A DNA stretch of 64,000 nucleotides, taken from NCBI GenBank assembly GCA_038207085.1, contig JBBRAE010000002.1, positions 32,001 through 96,000 of the forward strand, written 5' to 3'. The stretch is from Armatimonadota bacterium. Lineage in GTDB: Bacteria > Armatimonadota > UBA5829 > DTLH01. This document shows, in pieces, positions 41,331-52,147 of this stretch. A model generated the notes under the pieces. The model was not told the DNA's origin, did no database searches, and saw only the letters and a program-made list of their open reading frames with translations. The translations under genes and the position numbers were made by a program. Within the stretch, counting starts at the first letter, position 1. Every line of letters starts with the position of its first letter.

Positions 41331-42659
41331 GTGAAAGACAGTGAGTATGTCCTGAAGGCTGCCAATGACCAGAACGTTAAGTTTGTCCGTTTGTGGTTTA
41401 CGGATATTCTGGGATTCCTGAAGAGTTTTTCGATAACCGTGGCCGAGCTCGAGGGCGCACTCGAGGAAGGCATGGGGTTCGATGGTTCCGCCATCGAGGG
41501 CTTTGCGAGGATCTATGAAAGCGATATGATCGCCAAGCCGGATCCGAACACGTTCACGCTCTTGCCCTGGCGGTCGGGCGCTGGCGGCAACGTTGGGCGG
41601 ATGTTCTGCAATATCGAGTACCCGGATGGGCGGCCCTATGAGGGTGACCCGCGGTGGGTGCTGAAGCAGCAGCTTATACGGGCGGCTGAGATGGGGTACA
41701 CCTTCTACGTCGGGCCTGAGCTTGAGTATTTCTACTTCAAGAACTCAAGCGGCACTCCTGAGGTGCTGGACGTGGGAGGATATTTCGATCTCACTCCTCT
41801 TGACGCCGCAACCGACATGCGCAAGGACACGATACTTGTGCTTGAGGCGATGGGCATCCCGGTGGAGTTCAGCCACCACGAGGCCGCGCCGAGCCAGCAC
41901 GAGATAGACCTGCGCTACGCCGACGCGCTTTCTATGGCCGACAACACGATGACCTATCGACTGGTCGTAAAAGAGGTCGCGATGAAACACGGGGTGTACG
42001 CGACGTTTATGCCCAAGCCGATAACCGGGAAAAATGGCAGCGGAATGCACGTGCATCAGTCGCTGTTCCAGGGTGAGCGAAACGCGTTTTACAATAGAGA
42101 AGACAAGTTTCACCTCTCGGACGTTGGCAAGAAGTACATCGCTGGGCTGATGGCGCACGTGCCGGAGATTACGCTCGTGCTCAACCAGTGGGTGAACTCC
42201 TACAAGCGGCTCGTGCCGGGGTATGAGGCGCCGGTGTATGTGTCCTGGGCGATGCGCAACCGTTCGGACCTGATCCGTATACCGGGGTATCGTCCGGGTG
42301 TCGAGGAGGCCACGCGCGTCGAGCTGCGTTCGCCTGACCCTGCCTGCAACCCGTATCTGGCGTTTGCTGTGATACTTGCGGCTGGGCTTGAGGGCATTGA
42401 GAGAAATTACGAGCTTCAGGAGCCGTATGAGGGCAACATCTACGAGCTTCCCGAGGCAGAGCGCGAGCGGATGGGGATCAAACCCTTGCCTGAAGATCTG
42501 TATGAGGCGATCAAGGCGGCTGAGGGGAGCGATCTTCTTCGGCGAACGCTCGGCGACCACGTATTTGAAAAACTGATCGAAAACAAAAAGGTCGAGTGGG
42601 CGAAGTTCAAGGCTCAGGTCACAAGCTATGAGCTGGAGGAATATCTGCCCATTCTATAG
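41331..42659 (+). CDS. glnA: Type I glutamine synthetase (short GSI-alpha-like form)
   Basis: FDGSAIEGF, GPELEYF, HHE..PSQHEI, FMPKP..GKNGSGMHVHQS, SYKRLVPGYEAP, ELRSPD. Confidence 0.95.
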   Translation: MKDSEYVLKAANDQNVKFVRLWFTDILGFLKSFSITVAELEGALEEGMGFDGSAIEGFARIYESDMIAKPDPNTFTLLPWRSGAGGNVGRMFCNIEYPDGRPYEGDPRWVLKQQLIRAAEMGYTFYVGPELEYFYFKNSSGTPEVLDVGGYFDLTPLDAATDMRKDTILVLEAMGIPVEFSHHEAAPSQHEIDLRYADALSMADNTMTYRLVVKEVAMKHGVYATFMPKPITGKNGSGMHVHQSLFQGERNAFYNREDKFHLSDVGKKYIAGLMAHVPEITLVLNQWVNSYKRLVPGYEAPVYVSWAMRNRSDLIRIPGYRPGVEEATRVELRSPDPACNPYLAFAVILAAGLEGIERNYELQEPYEGNIYELPEAERERMGIKPLPEDLYEAIKAAEGSDLLRRTLGDHVFEKLIENKKVEWAKFKAQVTSYELEEYLPIL

Positions 42660-42738
42660 GAGTGCTAAGTGCTTAGGACGGAGCGCTGTAGGACAGCGTA
42701 GTTCACGCGTCGAAACCGACGGCTCTTTGCAATGGTTG

Positions 42739-43413
42739 ATGTATCGAGTACTAATAGTTACTGATGACCAGCGTCTTGCTGTACCCCTGGGAGGAAGCCT
42801 CGCGGGGGTAAACATTGTGTCGGCGGTCGTCGGGAGCAACCTTGAGCCCATTGATGAAGCTATGGCCAAGGGTGGTTCCGACGCTGTGATCATCGACGCG
42901 CGCGATGGCACGCCTATTGAGCCCCTGCTTCGTGCGATTCGCGAGCACCCCGGGCTTGAGGAGGTCCCGCTGATCGGGATCATCCCCACAAGCGTCCTTC
43001 TTTCTCCGCCGCTTCCCCAGGTGGATGACTTCGTGCTGGAGACCTTCACTGTTTCGGAGCTCACCGTGCGCGTCCTCACCAGGCTCCAGCGCACTCAGAC
43101 AAGCGACGGCGGCAACGTGATCCGTCTCGGCCGCCTTGAGGTCGACATCGACAACTACAAGGCCCGCATCGGACACGAGGCACTGGACCTCACCTACAAG
43201 GAGTTTGAGCTGCTGCGCTTTCTGATCACCCACCGTGGCCGCGTATTCACACGTGAGGCGCTTTTGAACCGCGTGTGGGGCTATGACTACTTCGGCGGCG
43301 CACGCACGGTGGACGTCCATATCAGGCGGCTACGGGCGAAGCTCGGGCAGTATGAGTCGCTGATCGAGACTGTGCGAAGCGTGGGGTACCGATTTACCGA
43401 AGAGAGCCAGTAA
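42739..43413 (+). CDS. glnR: OmpR-family regulator, actinobacterial GlnR-like
   Basis: [58 protein letters not shown]; atypical receiver; follows glnA. Confidence 0.75.
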   Translation: MYRVLIVTDDQRLAVPLGGSLAGVNIVSAVVGSNLEPIDEAMAKGGSDAVIIDARDGTPIEPLLRAIREHPGLEEVPLIGIIPTSVLLSPPLPQVDDFVLETFTVSELTVRVLTRLQRTQTSDGGNVIRLGRLEVDIDNYKARIGHEALDLTYKEFELLRFLITHRGRVFTREALLNRVWGYDYFGGARTVDVHIRRLRAKLGQYESLIETVRSVGYRFTEESQ

Positions 43414-43439
43414 GTCCGTCTCTATGAACTGGAAAAGCA

Positions 43440-43477
43440 ACAAGCCCCCGGGGAAATACTTCTCCCCGGGGGCTTGT
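43440..43477. terminator. Hairpin between convergent genes
   Basis: ACAAGCCCCCGGGGA...TCCCCGGGGGCTTGT. Confidence 0.75.
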
Positions 43478-43508
43478 CCTATATAAACTGGGGCGCTAAA
43501 GCCTCAGA

Positions 43509-43589
43509 TTAGCCCGCTTTATTCGTGAAGCGAATAAAGCTCTTGCTAAGAGAGCATTATTCACGCTTCTCGTGAATAATGCAGGTTAG
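43509..43589 (-). repeat. Palindromic element, composite A+B copy 4 (reverse orientation)
   Basis: TTAGCCCGCTTTATTCG...CGTGAATAATGCAGGTTAG; overlaps the TAA stop of the PEP-CTERM gene. Confidence 0.95.
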
Positions 43590-44674
43590 CGCTTTCTGCG
43601 GGTTGCCAGGCCTGCCAGGCCGACAACGCCGGAGAGCATCGTGAGAACGCTCGAAGGCTCGGGAACGGGGTTGCCCTGGTAGTTCCAGGTGCTTGCCTTG
43701 CTGAAGGTGAGGTTCGGGGTGACTGTCAGATCCAAGTCCTCGAGTCCCGGAGTAGCGGGGTTGGGGTCGGCGTGGTAGAAATCGACGGTCACCATCTCAC
43801 CGTCGACGGTGAAGATGTAGTAACCGACTGAGTACAGCTCGTTCTGGATGTTGGTGTAGCGGCTGGTGAGGGTCGATACGGGAGTGTAGAACTTGTAGCT
43901 GTCCGACGCGCAGATCAGCTGCGAGACGGTGCTCTGACCATCAGGGCTGTTGATCCGGGAGAGATCGTGCATGTGGTCGTGGCCGGAGATGTACATCGCG
44001 TTGTTGGCCTGAAGGCTTGAGTAGAACGCGTTCTGCTGAGTCGGGTTGGACTCATCGCCGCTGCCGAACATGCTGTCTTTGTGGTTTCTGCCGACGAGGC
44101 TCTTGTGACCAAAGACGAACGAGACATCGTGATCGTCAGCTGCGAGCTGGCTGTTCATCCAGGGGGTCGCGATGTTGAGGGCTGTGGTGTTGCCGGCCAG
44201 AGCGTAGTCGAGCAGCACGATCTTGGTGTTGTTGTAGTTCACTGAGTAGCTGGTGGCGTCGGGGGCCAGTGCGACGGTCCGCTCAGAGTTGGTTGACGGG
44301 ATGTAGTTGTTCTTGAAGAAGGTCTGGGCGCCTGTGCTGCTTTCGTGGTTGCCGCGAAGGCCATAGAACGAGATGCCTGCGGTGGTCAGGGCGGAAGTGG
44401 CCCCCAGCCTGGTCTGGAGTCCCGCGTTGTTGGAGCCTTCGCTGTCGCAGAGGTCACCGACCTGCACGACGAACTTTACGCCCTGGTTGATGAACTGGGT
44501 GTTCACCTGGTTGATAATCCCGACCGCAACGGTGCTCGGGTTCTGTCCGTCGAGGTTGGCCTTCCACTGGGTGTCCGACATAACGCCGAACTTGAACGCC
44601 TCCGCATTGGCGGCGACGCTGGCTGCAATTACTGTGGCAACTGCAAATGAGATAAGTTTTGTTGACTTGCGCAT
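43586..44674 (-). CDS. Secreted calcineurin-like metallophosphoesterase with PEP-CTERM
   Basis: SDTQ, VGDL, RGNHE, SGHDH; VPEPSS-TM-RRKR. Confidence 0.9.
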   Translation of the reverse strand: MRKSTKLISFAVATVIAASVAANAEAFKFGVMSDTQWKANLDGQNPSTVAVGIINQVNTQFINQGVKFVVQVGDLCDSEGSNNAGLQTRLGATSALTTAGISFYGLRGNHESSTGAQTFFKNNYIPSTNSERTVALAPDATSYSVNYNNTKIVLLDYALAGNTTALNIATPWMNSQLAADDHDVSFVFGHKSLVGRNHKDSMFGSGDESNPTQQNAFYSSLQANNAMYISGHDHMHDLSRINSPDGQSTVSQLICASDSYKFYTPVSTLTSRYTNIQNELYSVGYYIFTVDGEMVTVDFYHADPNPATPGLEDLDLTVTPNLTFSKASTWNYQGNPVPEPSSVLTMLSGVVGLAGLATRRKR

Positions 44675-44819
44675 CAATTTCCTCCTGTTTCGCGCGTTCC
44701 TGCTCTTCTAAGGTGAGAGCTTGCCCGGTATATTCACTACCAGGGTTTATAATACAGGAGGTATCTCACAGCACACTTCCATTTGGATTGCCATTGGATT
44801 ATGGTCTGCAGCAATACGA

Positions 44820-44926
44820 TGACCCGCGTGTGGGGCTACGACTACTTCGGCGGCGCGCGCACGGTGGACGTCCATATCAGGTGGCTTTGGGCGAAGGTCG
44901 GACAGTATGAGTCGTTGATAGGGACG
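44820..44926 (+). pseudogene. Duplicated 3' fragment of the GlnR-like gene
   Basis: Near copy of 43265-43371 (offset 1555), encoding [32 protein letters not shown]. Confidence 0.9.
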
Positions 44927-44970
44927 ATTCAAGTGGTTCGTCCCTATGTTTTGTGTGGGGTACAAAAAAA

Positions 44971-45046
44971 TGGAGCGGGAGACCGGGCTCGAACCGGCGA
45001 CATCCAGCTTGGAAGGCTAGCGCTCTACCAACTGAGCTACTCCCGC
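44971..45046 (-). tRNA. tRNA-Gly (TCC)
   Basis: GCGGGAGTAGCTCAGTTGGTAGAGCG-CTAGCCTTCCAAGCTGG...GGTTCGAGCCCGGTCTCCCGCTCCA; 76 nt, encoded CCA. Confidence 0.98.
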
Positions 45047-45064
45047 ATCATTGGCGACTGTGCT

Positions 45065-45093
45065 ATTATAGCATGAGTCCACAGGCGGGTCAA
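45065..45093 (-). promoter_or_regulatory. Sigma-70 promoter of tRNA-Gly
   Basis: TTGACC-N17-TATAAT on the minus strand. Confidence 0.75.
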
Positions 45094-45115
45094 CACAATC
45101 TCAAGGAGCAATTCG

Positions 45116-45673
45116 ATGAAACTCGTTGTCATATCAGGTAGCCGCAACGCCGATGGTCAGACCGCACGGGCCGCTTCGGCGTTTGTGCGAGGCGCTGAAG
45201 CCGCCGGCGCACAGTCCGAAGTTTTCTATCTCCCCAAGCTCGACATCCAACACTGCCGTCAGTGTGAGGACTCGGGGTGGGGACTTTGCATCAAGGAGGG
45301 CCGCTGCGTGGCCCAGGACGACTTTTCGATGCTCGTCGCGAAAATTATCGACGCCGACGCAGTCGCATTCGCCACTCCCGTCTACTGGAGCGATCTCTCA
45401 GAGAGCCTGAAGTCGTTTCTCGACCGTCTGCGCCGCATCTGCTGGCACGAAAACGGCGAAAAGGGACTGCAGGGCAAGCGCGCGGTCGGAATCTGTGTAG
45501 CAGGCGGCGGGGGCGGAGGCGCGCCGACCTGCTGCGTCAGTCTGGAGAAGATTCTGCACACCTGTGGGATGGACATGATCGATATGATCCCCGCGCGCAG
45601 GCAGAACCTCGAAATGAAGCTCGACGTTTGTGAAACAGTTGGCAGGTGGATTGTGGAGTCGTCGGCAGACTAA
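45116..45673 (+). CDS. Flavodoxin-family / iron-sulfur flavoprotein
   Basis: ISGSRNADGQT, CRQC......C.....C, ATPVYW, LKSFLDR. Confidence 0.85.
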   Translation: MKLVVISGSRNADGQTARAASAFVRGAEAAGAQSEVFYLPKLDIQHCRQCEDSGWGLCIKEGRCVAQDDFSMLVAKIIDADAVAFATPVYWSDLSESLKSFLDRLRRICWHENGEKGLQGKRAVGICVAGGGGGGAPTCCVSLEKILHTCGMDMIDMIPARRQNLEMKLDVCETVGRWIVESSAD

Positions 45674-45805
45674 CCGCAATACGGTTTGATATGCCTGATA
45701 TGCTGCGAGAACGCCGCCTGAGTTTGATCTCTCAAACCTCCTCAGCCAGAGTTCCCGCAGCTAAAGACCGCCTATCAATCCTTGTCAGTGCCTACTTTTG
45801 CATCT

Positions 45806-48190
45806 TCAGTTGTCTCTAACTACAGTAGTCGCCGACTTGTCCACGATTTTCTCTCCGTCCACGTCTATGATCGTATGCTTCAGGATGTTATGGTTCGCGT
45901 CGGGGGACACGTAGATGCCCAGCGGTCCGTCGTAGATATTGACGTTCTCGATCACGTTCCAGTCCTTGAGCGGGGCGGTCGAGGGAAGCGTCTTAATAGT
46001 GTTCTTCGAGTCGCCGAAGTCGATGGCATAACGGGCCTTAGCATCGAAGTCGTTCGCCCAGCCCATGGACCCGTGAAAGCTCGGCCCGTAGCGGAAACCA
46101 GTGATCTCCGTCGAGCGCACGGTATTCCCGAACACCAGCGGACCGAAAAGCCTGATCTGAGCGCGCGTGATCAACTCGGAGCCGATGACATCGTTGAATG
46201 CCACGGGGGTCGGGTTGTTGGTCTCAAATGCCCAGAGGTAGATGCCTTCGCCGTCTCTTAGGATGTGACCGTCGATCACGTTGCCCCAGCAATTGCCCCA
46301 CAGTCCCGTCCAGTTGGCGGTGTGCTCCTCGGTATTGTCGATCCACATTGTCTCTACCGAGGACTTGCCGACGCAGAAATACGTGCTGCTGTCGGGGGTG
46401 ATTTCCCAGGGCTGCGCCAGTGTGAGAGTGTTCGGCGTGAATGAGACGACTTCGCGATACTGGCCCAGGCCACGTCCGTCGAGGATCATTACGAATGTCC
46501 CGTCCGCGGTATTCCAGGGATGACTGTCGATCTGAGCCTGTGTCGCAGCAAAGGGCGTTCCATCGACGGTCAGCGTGTTGGCAGTCGCCTTCAGCACCTT
46601 GCCATGCCACATAGAATCCCCGGACTCGTACATATTCTCTCCGCCGTTATGCCTTCGGGCGATATTGTTGAACCAAGAGTTGCCCTGGATAATCGTGTGA
46701 TACATGCTCGCGCGGCCTGTCGAGCCTCCAAAGTTCCGCTGTGCGTCGTTTGACGTGTTGTCTTCGATGATCGACCGATTGACGGCTCTGACCCCGAAGT
46801 TTGCGGTAGGGAGCCCCTGACGGGTGGCGTGGAACTTGTTTCCCCCGATATAGGCCTGCACGTGTGGACCGTGGCGCAGAGTCAGGCATCCGTTGGCCGA
46901 TTCCACCTCACAGTCTTTCATCACGAACCCATAGGACCCCCATTCGACCAGTACTGAGCTCGCGCCGTCCGAGAAAGCATCATTGACGCTCGACGTATTG
47001 AAGCGACAACGCTCGATATGACAGTTGTCGTGACCGACATAGGCTGCAATCTGCGTACCGGGACCGTCCACAAATCCGAGGTCAAGGAGTTCGCTGTTGC
47101 TCTCCATCACAATCATCGGTGCGGCATGGCCCTTCGCCATGCGGTTGTCCAGCCAATCCAGGCGCATCTTCGTCGCACCTGCCGGAATGTCGAAGCTCAG
47201 CGGTCTTTTGGGATGCACGATGATAATGCTGTTGTTCATTCCCGCGCCCTGCAGTGTTATGTTGGAAGGCAGGAGGATGGTTCGGCTGATCGCGTAACGT
47301 CCCGGCGGGAAATAGATGATCGCTGGCGCGGAGTTCGCAGCCCCGGCGATTGCCGACTTGATTGCGGCGGTGTCGTCGCTCAGCCCGTTGCCCTTTGCGC
47401 CGAAGCTCTTGACGTCGCGGATGTTGGTGACGGGCCTCGGCTTGGGCTTCACTGTGAAGTCCATAGGTCCGCCCCATCCAGCTTCGCCGCCGCATCCGTT
47501 GTGGACATATAGTTGGTATTCTCCGGCCCGGAGGCCAGCTGGCAGCACAGCGGATGCCTCGTAGATCGTAGATCCGTGCTGGTACATTCGCCCGCCCCAG
47601 ATATCGCCAAGGAAGATCGGCTGCCCCCCCGACTTGGGTTTGATGGCAACGAGGAACTTAGTGCGGTCTGCGCCCGCGTAGGATAGGTTGGTCTCCAAAC
47701 CGGTCGACATGTTGCGACCGAACACCCTGATTCTCTGGCCGGGGTTGGCAATTTCGGGATAGACAAACCACGGTTGGGTAGCCCTGATGAGCCACGGTTT
47801 CGACCATCCGTCCCCGCTCTTGACCCATATCACGTCGCGGCCCAGCATAGCGTCGAAGAAGGACGCACCACCGTAGCGCTCATTAAAATCGACGGCCAGA
47901 ACGAAGCCACGGGGATCGTTATCGATGATGCTGACCTTTGCGGCATCCTTGGGTGGCTCGGGGGGCAGCAGTTTGCGGCCATTGTAGTTGGGAGCAGCAA
48001 GCGCCGCCTTGACTTTTGCCTGGTCGTATGGTGCATTCCAGCCCCATACCTCAGTCTGACCTGGTATGAATCCCACTCCCCAGATGGTCCTGACATTCCC
48101 ACCCTGGACCCTGCAAATCTCCGGCGGCGCGGCCCAAACAACGCTCGACATGGACAGAACGACCAAACACATCATTACGAATCTTCTCAT
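45806..48190 (-). CDS. Secreted right-handed beta-helix (pectate lyase-like) protein
   Basis: Signal peptide; DVKSFGAKGNGLSDDTAAIKSAI...IYFPPGRY...LPSNITLQGAG. Confidence 0.8.
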   Translation of the reverse strand: MRRFVMMCLVVLSMSSVVWAAPPEICRVQGGNVRTIWGVGFIPGQTEVWGWNAPYDQAKVKAALAAPNYNGRKLLPPEPPKDAAKVSIIDNDPRGFVLAVDFNERYGGASFFDAMLGRDVIWVKSGDGWSKPWLIRATQPWFVYPEIANPGQRIRVFGRNMSTGLETNLSYAGADRTKFLVAIKPKSGGQPIFLGDIWGGRMYQHGSTIYEASAVLPAGLRAGEYQLYVHNGCGGEAGWGGPMDFTVKPKPRPVTNIRDVKSFGAKGNGLSDDTAAIKSAIAGAANSAPAIIYFPPGRYAISRTILLPSNITLQGAGMNNSIIIVHPKRPLSFDIPAGATKMRLDWLDNRMAKGHAAPMIVMESNSELLDLGFVDGPGTQIAAYVGHDNCHIERCRFNTSSVNDAFSDGASSVLVEWGSYGFVMKDCEVESANGCLTLRHGPHVQAYIGGNKFHATRQGLPTANFGVRAVNRSIIEDNTSNDAQRNFGGSTGRASMYHTIIQGNSWFNNIARRHNGGENMYESGDSMWHGKVLKATANTLTVDGTPFAATQAQIDSHPWNTADGTFVMILDGRGLGQYREVVSFTPNTLTLAQPWEITPDSSTYFCVGKSSVETMWIDNTEEHTANWTGLWGNCWGNVIDGHILRDGEGIYLWAFETNNPTPVAFNDVIGSELITRAQIRLFGPLVFGNTVRSTEITGFRYGPSFHGSMGWANDFDAKARYAIDFGDSKNTIKTLPSTAPLKDWNVIENVNIYDGPLGIYVSPDANHNILKHTIIDVDGEKIVDKSATTVVRDN

Positions 48191-48234
48191 TTGTTCTTCT
48201 CCTGTGAAAAACTGCGTACGGCTCTAGTGCACGC

Positions 48235-48273
48235 TTAGCCCGCTTTATTCGTGAAGCGAATAAAGCGGGCTAG
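48235..48273. repeat. Palindromic element, symmetrised unit B
   Basis: TAGCCCGCTTTATTCG-tgaag-CGAATAAAGCGGGCTA (16-bp perfect stem); overlaps the TAG stop of tmk. Confidence 0.93.
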
Positions 48274-48902
48274 AGAACAACCGGGTTTCTGCTGCCTATC
48301 CATTGCTGGACAACCTCGTCCACTTTGGCTGCGACCTCAACAAGCGTTCCGGTGGCGTCCACTACGACCCACCGCGCAGGCTCCAGCCCTGCAAGCTCGA
48401 GAAACCCTTCGCGCACCCGCGTGTGGAAGCTTACACTTTCGGCTTCAAAGCGGTTCTTGTCCTGCTGGCGTTCCAGTCCGAGTTCGACCGGGATGTCGAG
48501 GAGCAGCGTCAGGTCGGGAGTGAGCCCCCCGGTCGCAAAGTCGTTCAGGCGGCGAAGGGTGGGGATGTCGAGGCCACGGGCGTAGCCCTGGTAGGCGATG
48601 CTTGAGTCAGCGTAGCGGTCGCAGAGCACGATCGCGCCGCGTTCGGTCGCAGGCACAATCACCTTGCGGACGTGCTGGGCGCGCGCGGCGAGGAAAAGCA
48701 GAAGCTCGGCCTCGGGGGCGACGTCGCCTTTGGAGTGCAAGAGGATCTGCCGGATGTCGCGGGCAAGGTGGTCGCCGCCGGGCTCGCAGGTGGCTATCAC
48801 TTCGTGCCCAAGTGCGGTGAGGCGCTCGGACAGGAGGCGTGTCTGGGTCGACTTGCCCGAACCTTCGGGGCCCTCAAAGGTGATAAAGAGGCCCCGGCTC
48901 AA
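48270..48902 (-). CDS. tmk: Thymidylate kinase
   Basis: [40 protein letters not shown]. Confidence 0.97.
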   Translation of the reverse strand: MSRGLFITFEGPEGSGKSTQTRLLSERLTALGHEVIATCEPGGDHLARDIRQILLHSKGDVAPEAELLLFLAARAQHVRKVIVPATERGAIVLCDRYADSSIAYQGYARGLDIPTLRRLNDFATGGLTPDLTLLLDIPVELGLERQQDKNRFEAESVSFHTRVREGFLELAGLEPARWVVVDATGTLVEVAAKVDEVVQQWIGSRNPVVL

Positions 48903-50518
48903 GGTTTCACGATCCTGACTCTTCTGTATGGCTCGGTCCCGATGCTCTCGGACAACAGATGGTATTTTTCGGCTAGCTGATGCTGCAGGCGACGCAGGAA
49001 ACTGGTCGCAGGCGGCAGTTCCTGGGGTTCGCCGTTTTCGAGAAGCCGCTCGATCGCCTCTTCGGCCACGTGAAGCGCCATCTCCTCTTCGTTCCCGACG
49101 TCGAGGTTGAATATCTCGCGCAGCACATTTGCGATCTGCGCGTAGGTGTTGCTTCGCACGACGTAGGTGGGAAGCTGGCGGGAGCCGATCTCCTGGAGCT
49201 TGGCCGGTTCTTTTCTGTAGTGGGCTTTCAGCGCGACCACGGCGTCGGCATCGTTCGAGTCCTTGGTGATATAAGCCGGGACCCGAAGCTCGCGGATCGC
49301 TCGCTCAAGCCTGTTTCGGCTGACCCCGTAGGGAAATATCTTGACGATGGACGGCAACGGCCTCTCCGGACCGAGAGACGCGTGTTCGTGCTCCAGCCTT
49401 CGGCCAGCCTCCTCAGGGCGAGCCTGGATGTCCGAGGGCTGGACCACCTCAACTTCACCCTCGGGGTTGCGCACCCGGATCTCCGGCCTCGGGGGCGCGC
49501 CCCTCAGCATCCGGTCAACGACGCTTGCCACGTCGTGATGGATCGCAAGCTTGTCAACCTCGATTATCTCAATAATTACGTCAAAAGTCGGCGGGGCCTT
49601 TCGCTCAAGGACGCTCTTTTGTGTTCCACGTCGTCGCGCCTCCTCGTCCGAGAGGGTGACGGTTTGGATGCCTCCGACGAGGTCCGAGAGCGTCGGGTTC
49701 AGCATCAGGTTCTCAAGCGAGTTGCCGTGCGCCGTTGCGACAAGCTGAACGCCGCGCTCGGCGATCGTGCGACTTGCGAAAGCTTCGGCCTCGGTGCCGA
49801 TCTCGTCGATCACGACTACCTCGGGCATGTGGTTTTCTACCGCTTCGATCATGACCGCGTGCTGATCTTCAGGGGTCGGCACCTGCATGCGTCGTGCGCG
49901 CCCGATAGCGGGGTGGGGGATGTCCCCGTCGCCTGCGATCTCGTTTGAGGTGTCGACGATCACAACGCGTTTCTTGAACTCATCGGAAAGCACGCGGGCG
50001 ACTTCTCGGAGCTTGGTCGTTTTGCCGACGCCAGGCCGTCCCAGAAGCAGAATGCTCTGCCCGCTTTCGACGACATCGCGGATGATGTCGATCGTGCCGT
50101 AGACCGCGCGCCCAATTCGGCATGTGAGCCCGACGATTCGGTCCTGACGGTTGCGAATCGCCGAGATTCTGTGCAGCGTCCGCTCGATCCCCGCACGGTT
50201 ATCTTTGCCGAAGGCTCCGATGCGGCTAACGACGTAGTCAATCTCGCCGGTGGTGACCGCGATATCGCACAGCTCGAGCACCCGCAGCGGAAAACGTGCT
50301 TCAGCGGGCCTGCCGAGGTCAAGGACGATCTCAAGCAGGTCTTCGAGATCCTCCTGAGCTTCGAGGCACGCGCGCACGTCCGGCGGCAGCACATCAAGGA
50401 GTTGTGCGAGGTTATCGGTTATTCTCTGCGCGACCTTAAATACCTTCAGCCCGCTGTGGCTAGCATCGGTTGCTTTCACGCGCTCACCTTCTTTTTTGTG
50501 TCTATCAGTCAAGCTCAT
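48899..50518 (-). CDS. Ycf45/SpoIIIAA-like AAA ATPase with C-terminal R3H domain
   Basis: [42 protein letters not shown]; start uncertain. Confidence 0.9.
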   Translation of the reverse strand: MSLTDRHKKEGERVKATDASHSGLKVFKVAQRITDNLAQLLDVLPPDVRACLEAQEDLEDLLEIVLDLGRPAEARFPLRVLELCDIAVTTGEIDYVVSRIGAFGKDNRAGIERTLHRISAIRNRQDRIVGLTCRIGRAVYGTIDIIRDVVESGQSILLLGRPGVGKTTKLREVARVLSDEFKKRVVIVDTSNEIAGDGDIPHPAIGRARRMQVPTPEDQHAVMIEAVENHMPEVVVIDEIGTEAEAFASRTIAERGVQLVATAHGNSLENLMLNPTLSDLVGGIQTVTLSDEEARRRGTQKSVLERKAPPTFDVIIEIIEVDKLAIHHDVASVVDRMLRGAPPRPEIRVRNPEGEVEVVQPSDIQARPEEAGRRLEHEHASLGPERPLPSIVKIFPYGVSRNRLERAIRELRVPAYITKDSNDADAVVALKAHYRKEPAKLQEIGSRQLPTYVVRSNTYAQIANVLREIFNLDVGNEEEMALHVAEEAIERLLENGEPQELPPATSFLRRLQHQLAEKYHLLSESIGTEPYRRVRIVKP

Positions 50519-51248
50519 ATACTACGATAGCGGCTGCCGCAACGGCGGCGGTCTCGCACCTAAGGACCCTTGGCCCAAGTGAAACCGCGCGGGCTCCGTT
50601 TGCCGTCATCAGCCGCACTTCGTCCTCCTCAAATCCACCTTCCGGCCCGACAAGAAGCAGCACGCTTGTCGCACCCCTGCTTGCCTGCAGTGCTTCCCGC
50701 ACGCCGGTATGTTCTTCAGACTCCCAAAGCACAAGCGCAAGGTCGAACTCTCCTATGCGCTCGACGAACCGAGAAAGGGGCGTTATCCCCTGAACCGCAG
50801 GGACGATCGCCCTGCAGGACTGCTCGGAGGCCTCTTTCGCGATTGTCCGCCACCTTGTGAGTCTTGATTCTATCTTATTGTCGGGTGGTCGAGCGATTGT
50901 CCTTGAGCTTGTTATCACCTCAAAGCTCGATACCCCTAATTCTGTACCCTTCTGGACGATAAACTCAAGCCTGTCACCCTTGGGAAGTGACTGCGCAAGC
51001 GTCACTTTTACCCGCGCTTCGGTCTCGATTGGGCAGACCTCGACGACCGTTCCAGTGACCGCCGAAGATGTGACCTCTGCAAGCGAGACAATCATCGCCG
51101 ACCCGCTGCCGTCCACCGCGGCGATGCGGTCCCCTGGGGCGAGCCTAAGGACGTTTGTGATCTGCTTTGCATCCTGGCCCGTGATGCGCACCGTGTTGCA
51201 GTCCACGCACTCCCGGGAGACTATGAATCGGTGAAGGTTTCTCATCAT
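50505..51248 (-). CDS. rsmE: 16S rRNA m3U1498 methyltransferase
   Basis: [36 protein letters not shown]. Confidence 0.95.
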   Translation of the reverse strand: MMRNLHRFIVSRECVDCNTVRITGQDAKQITNVLRLAPGDRIAAVDGSGSAMIVSLAEVTSSAVTGTVVEVCPIETEARVKVTLAQSLPKGDRLEFIVQKGTELGVSSFEVITSSRTIARPPDNKIESRLTRWRTIAKEASEQSCRAIVPAVQGITPLSRFVERIGEFDLALVLWESEEHTGVREALQASRGATSVLLLVGPEGGFEEDEVRLMTANGARAVSLGPRVLRCETAAVAAAAIVVYELD

Positions 51249-52147
51249 CTCTTCTTGCTCATCTCAAGCACAACCCAGTCATCATCTGTATTCTTACCCG
51301 CCAACTCGAAACCTTCCTCCGTCAGCCGTTCGACTACTTCATCCGCGCGAGCCTCGATGATCCCCGAGGCGACGAGCGTTCCTCCGACTCTTGGCGCTCG
51401 TCCAAGCTCCGAGGCAAGGGCGATGATCGTGTTCGCGGTGATATTGGCGACCACCAGGTCAAACCCGTCTCCCGCTGAGTCGAGCGCTTCGGCCTCAAAT
51501 ACTTTTACCCGGTCCGAAACCCCGTTTCGTTCGACGTTTTTCTTCGCGGCTTCCACTGCGATCGGGTCGATCTCCGTTGCTACGACCTCCCGAGCGCCAA
51601 GCTTGGCGGCCGCGATCGAAAGAATCGCCGAGCCCGTCCCGACATCAAGCATCCGCTCCCCGCCCCGGATATGATCCTGCAGGAACTGAAGGCAAAGCTG
51701 GGTCGTCGGGTGGTTCCCGGTGCCAAAGGCCATTCCAGGATCGATTTCGACCACCACCTGGCCGGCTTCCGTCGAGACGTCTTCCCAGCTCGGCTTGATA
51801 AAGACGTTTCCGATCAACACTGGCTTGAAAAACGATTTCCACGCCCCGGCCCAGTCGGAGTCTTCGACCCATTTGATCGTGATGTCGGAGGAGTCTTCGC
51901 CGGGAAGCTCCCTGATCCTGTCGCGGATCGCGCCAAGGCGCGCTTCGAGCCGGTCGTCCACGGGCAGGTAGCTTGTGACAGTCGTCTCCTCGGGGACCGG
52001 CAGGTCCGCCGAAAGCTCAGCTGGCCCTGAAGCGCGAACGGAGGGGCCGCTTATCGAGGCTCCTCCGCATCCTTCTTCGATCAAAATGTTCGCCGCGAGC
52101 TCCGCAGACTCTTCGGCTACAGTTGCGATTATCTCCGCCCATCTCAT
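51245..52147 (-). CDS. prmA: Ribosomal protein L11 methyltransferase
   Basis: [30 protein letters not shown]. Confidence 0.95.
   Translation of the reverse strand: MRWAEIIATVAEESAELAANILIEEGCGGASISGPSVRASGPAELSADLPVPEETTVTSYLPVDDRLEARLGAIRDRIRELPGEDSSDITIKWVEDSDWAGAWKSFFKPVLIGNVFIKPSWEDVSTEAGQVVVEIDPGMAFGTGNHPTTQLCLQFLQDHIRGGERMLDVGTGSAILSIAAAKLGAREVVATEIDPIAVEAAKKNVERNGVSDRVKVFEAEALDSAGDGFDLVVANITANTIIALASELGRAPRVGGTLVASGIIEARADEVVERLTEEGFELAGKNTDDDWVVLEMSKKR

Noticed and set aside
42660..42668. CIRCE element (GAGTGCTAA)
   Set aside because: Only the right half-site is present; there is no TTAGCACTC 9 nt upstream.
44820..45046. tRNA-Gly-anchored integrative element
   Set aside because: There is no integrase and no duplicated tRNA 3' end; the duplication seen is of glnR.
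45703..45761. Long imperfect hairpin between convergent genes as an ncRNA or attC
   Set aside because: Single copy, no recognisable motif or attC core; probably a terminator or decayed repeat.
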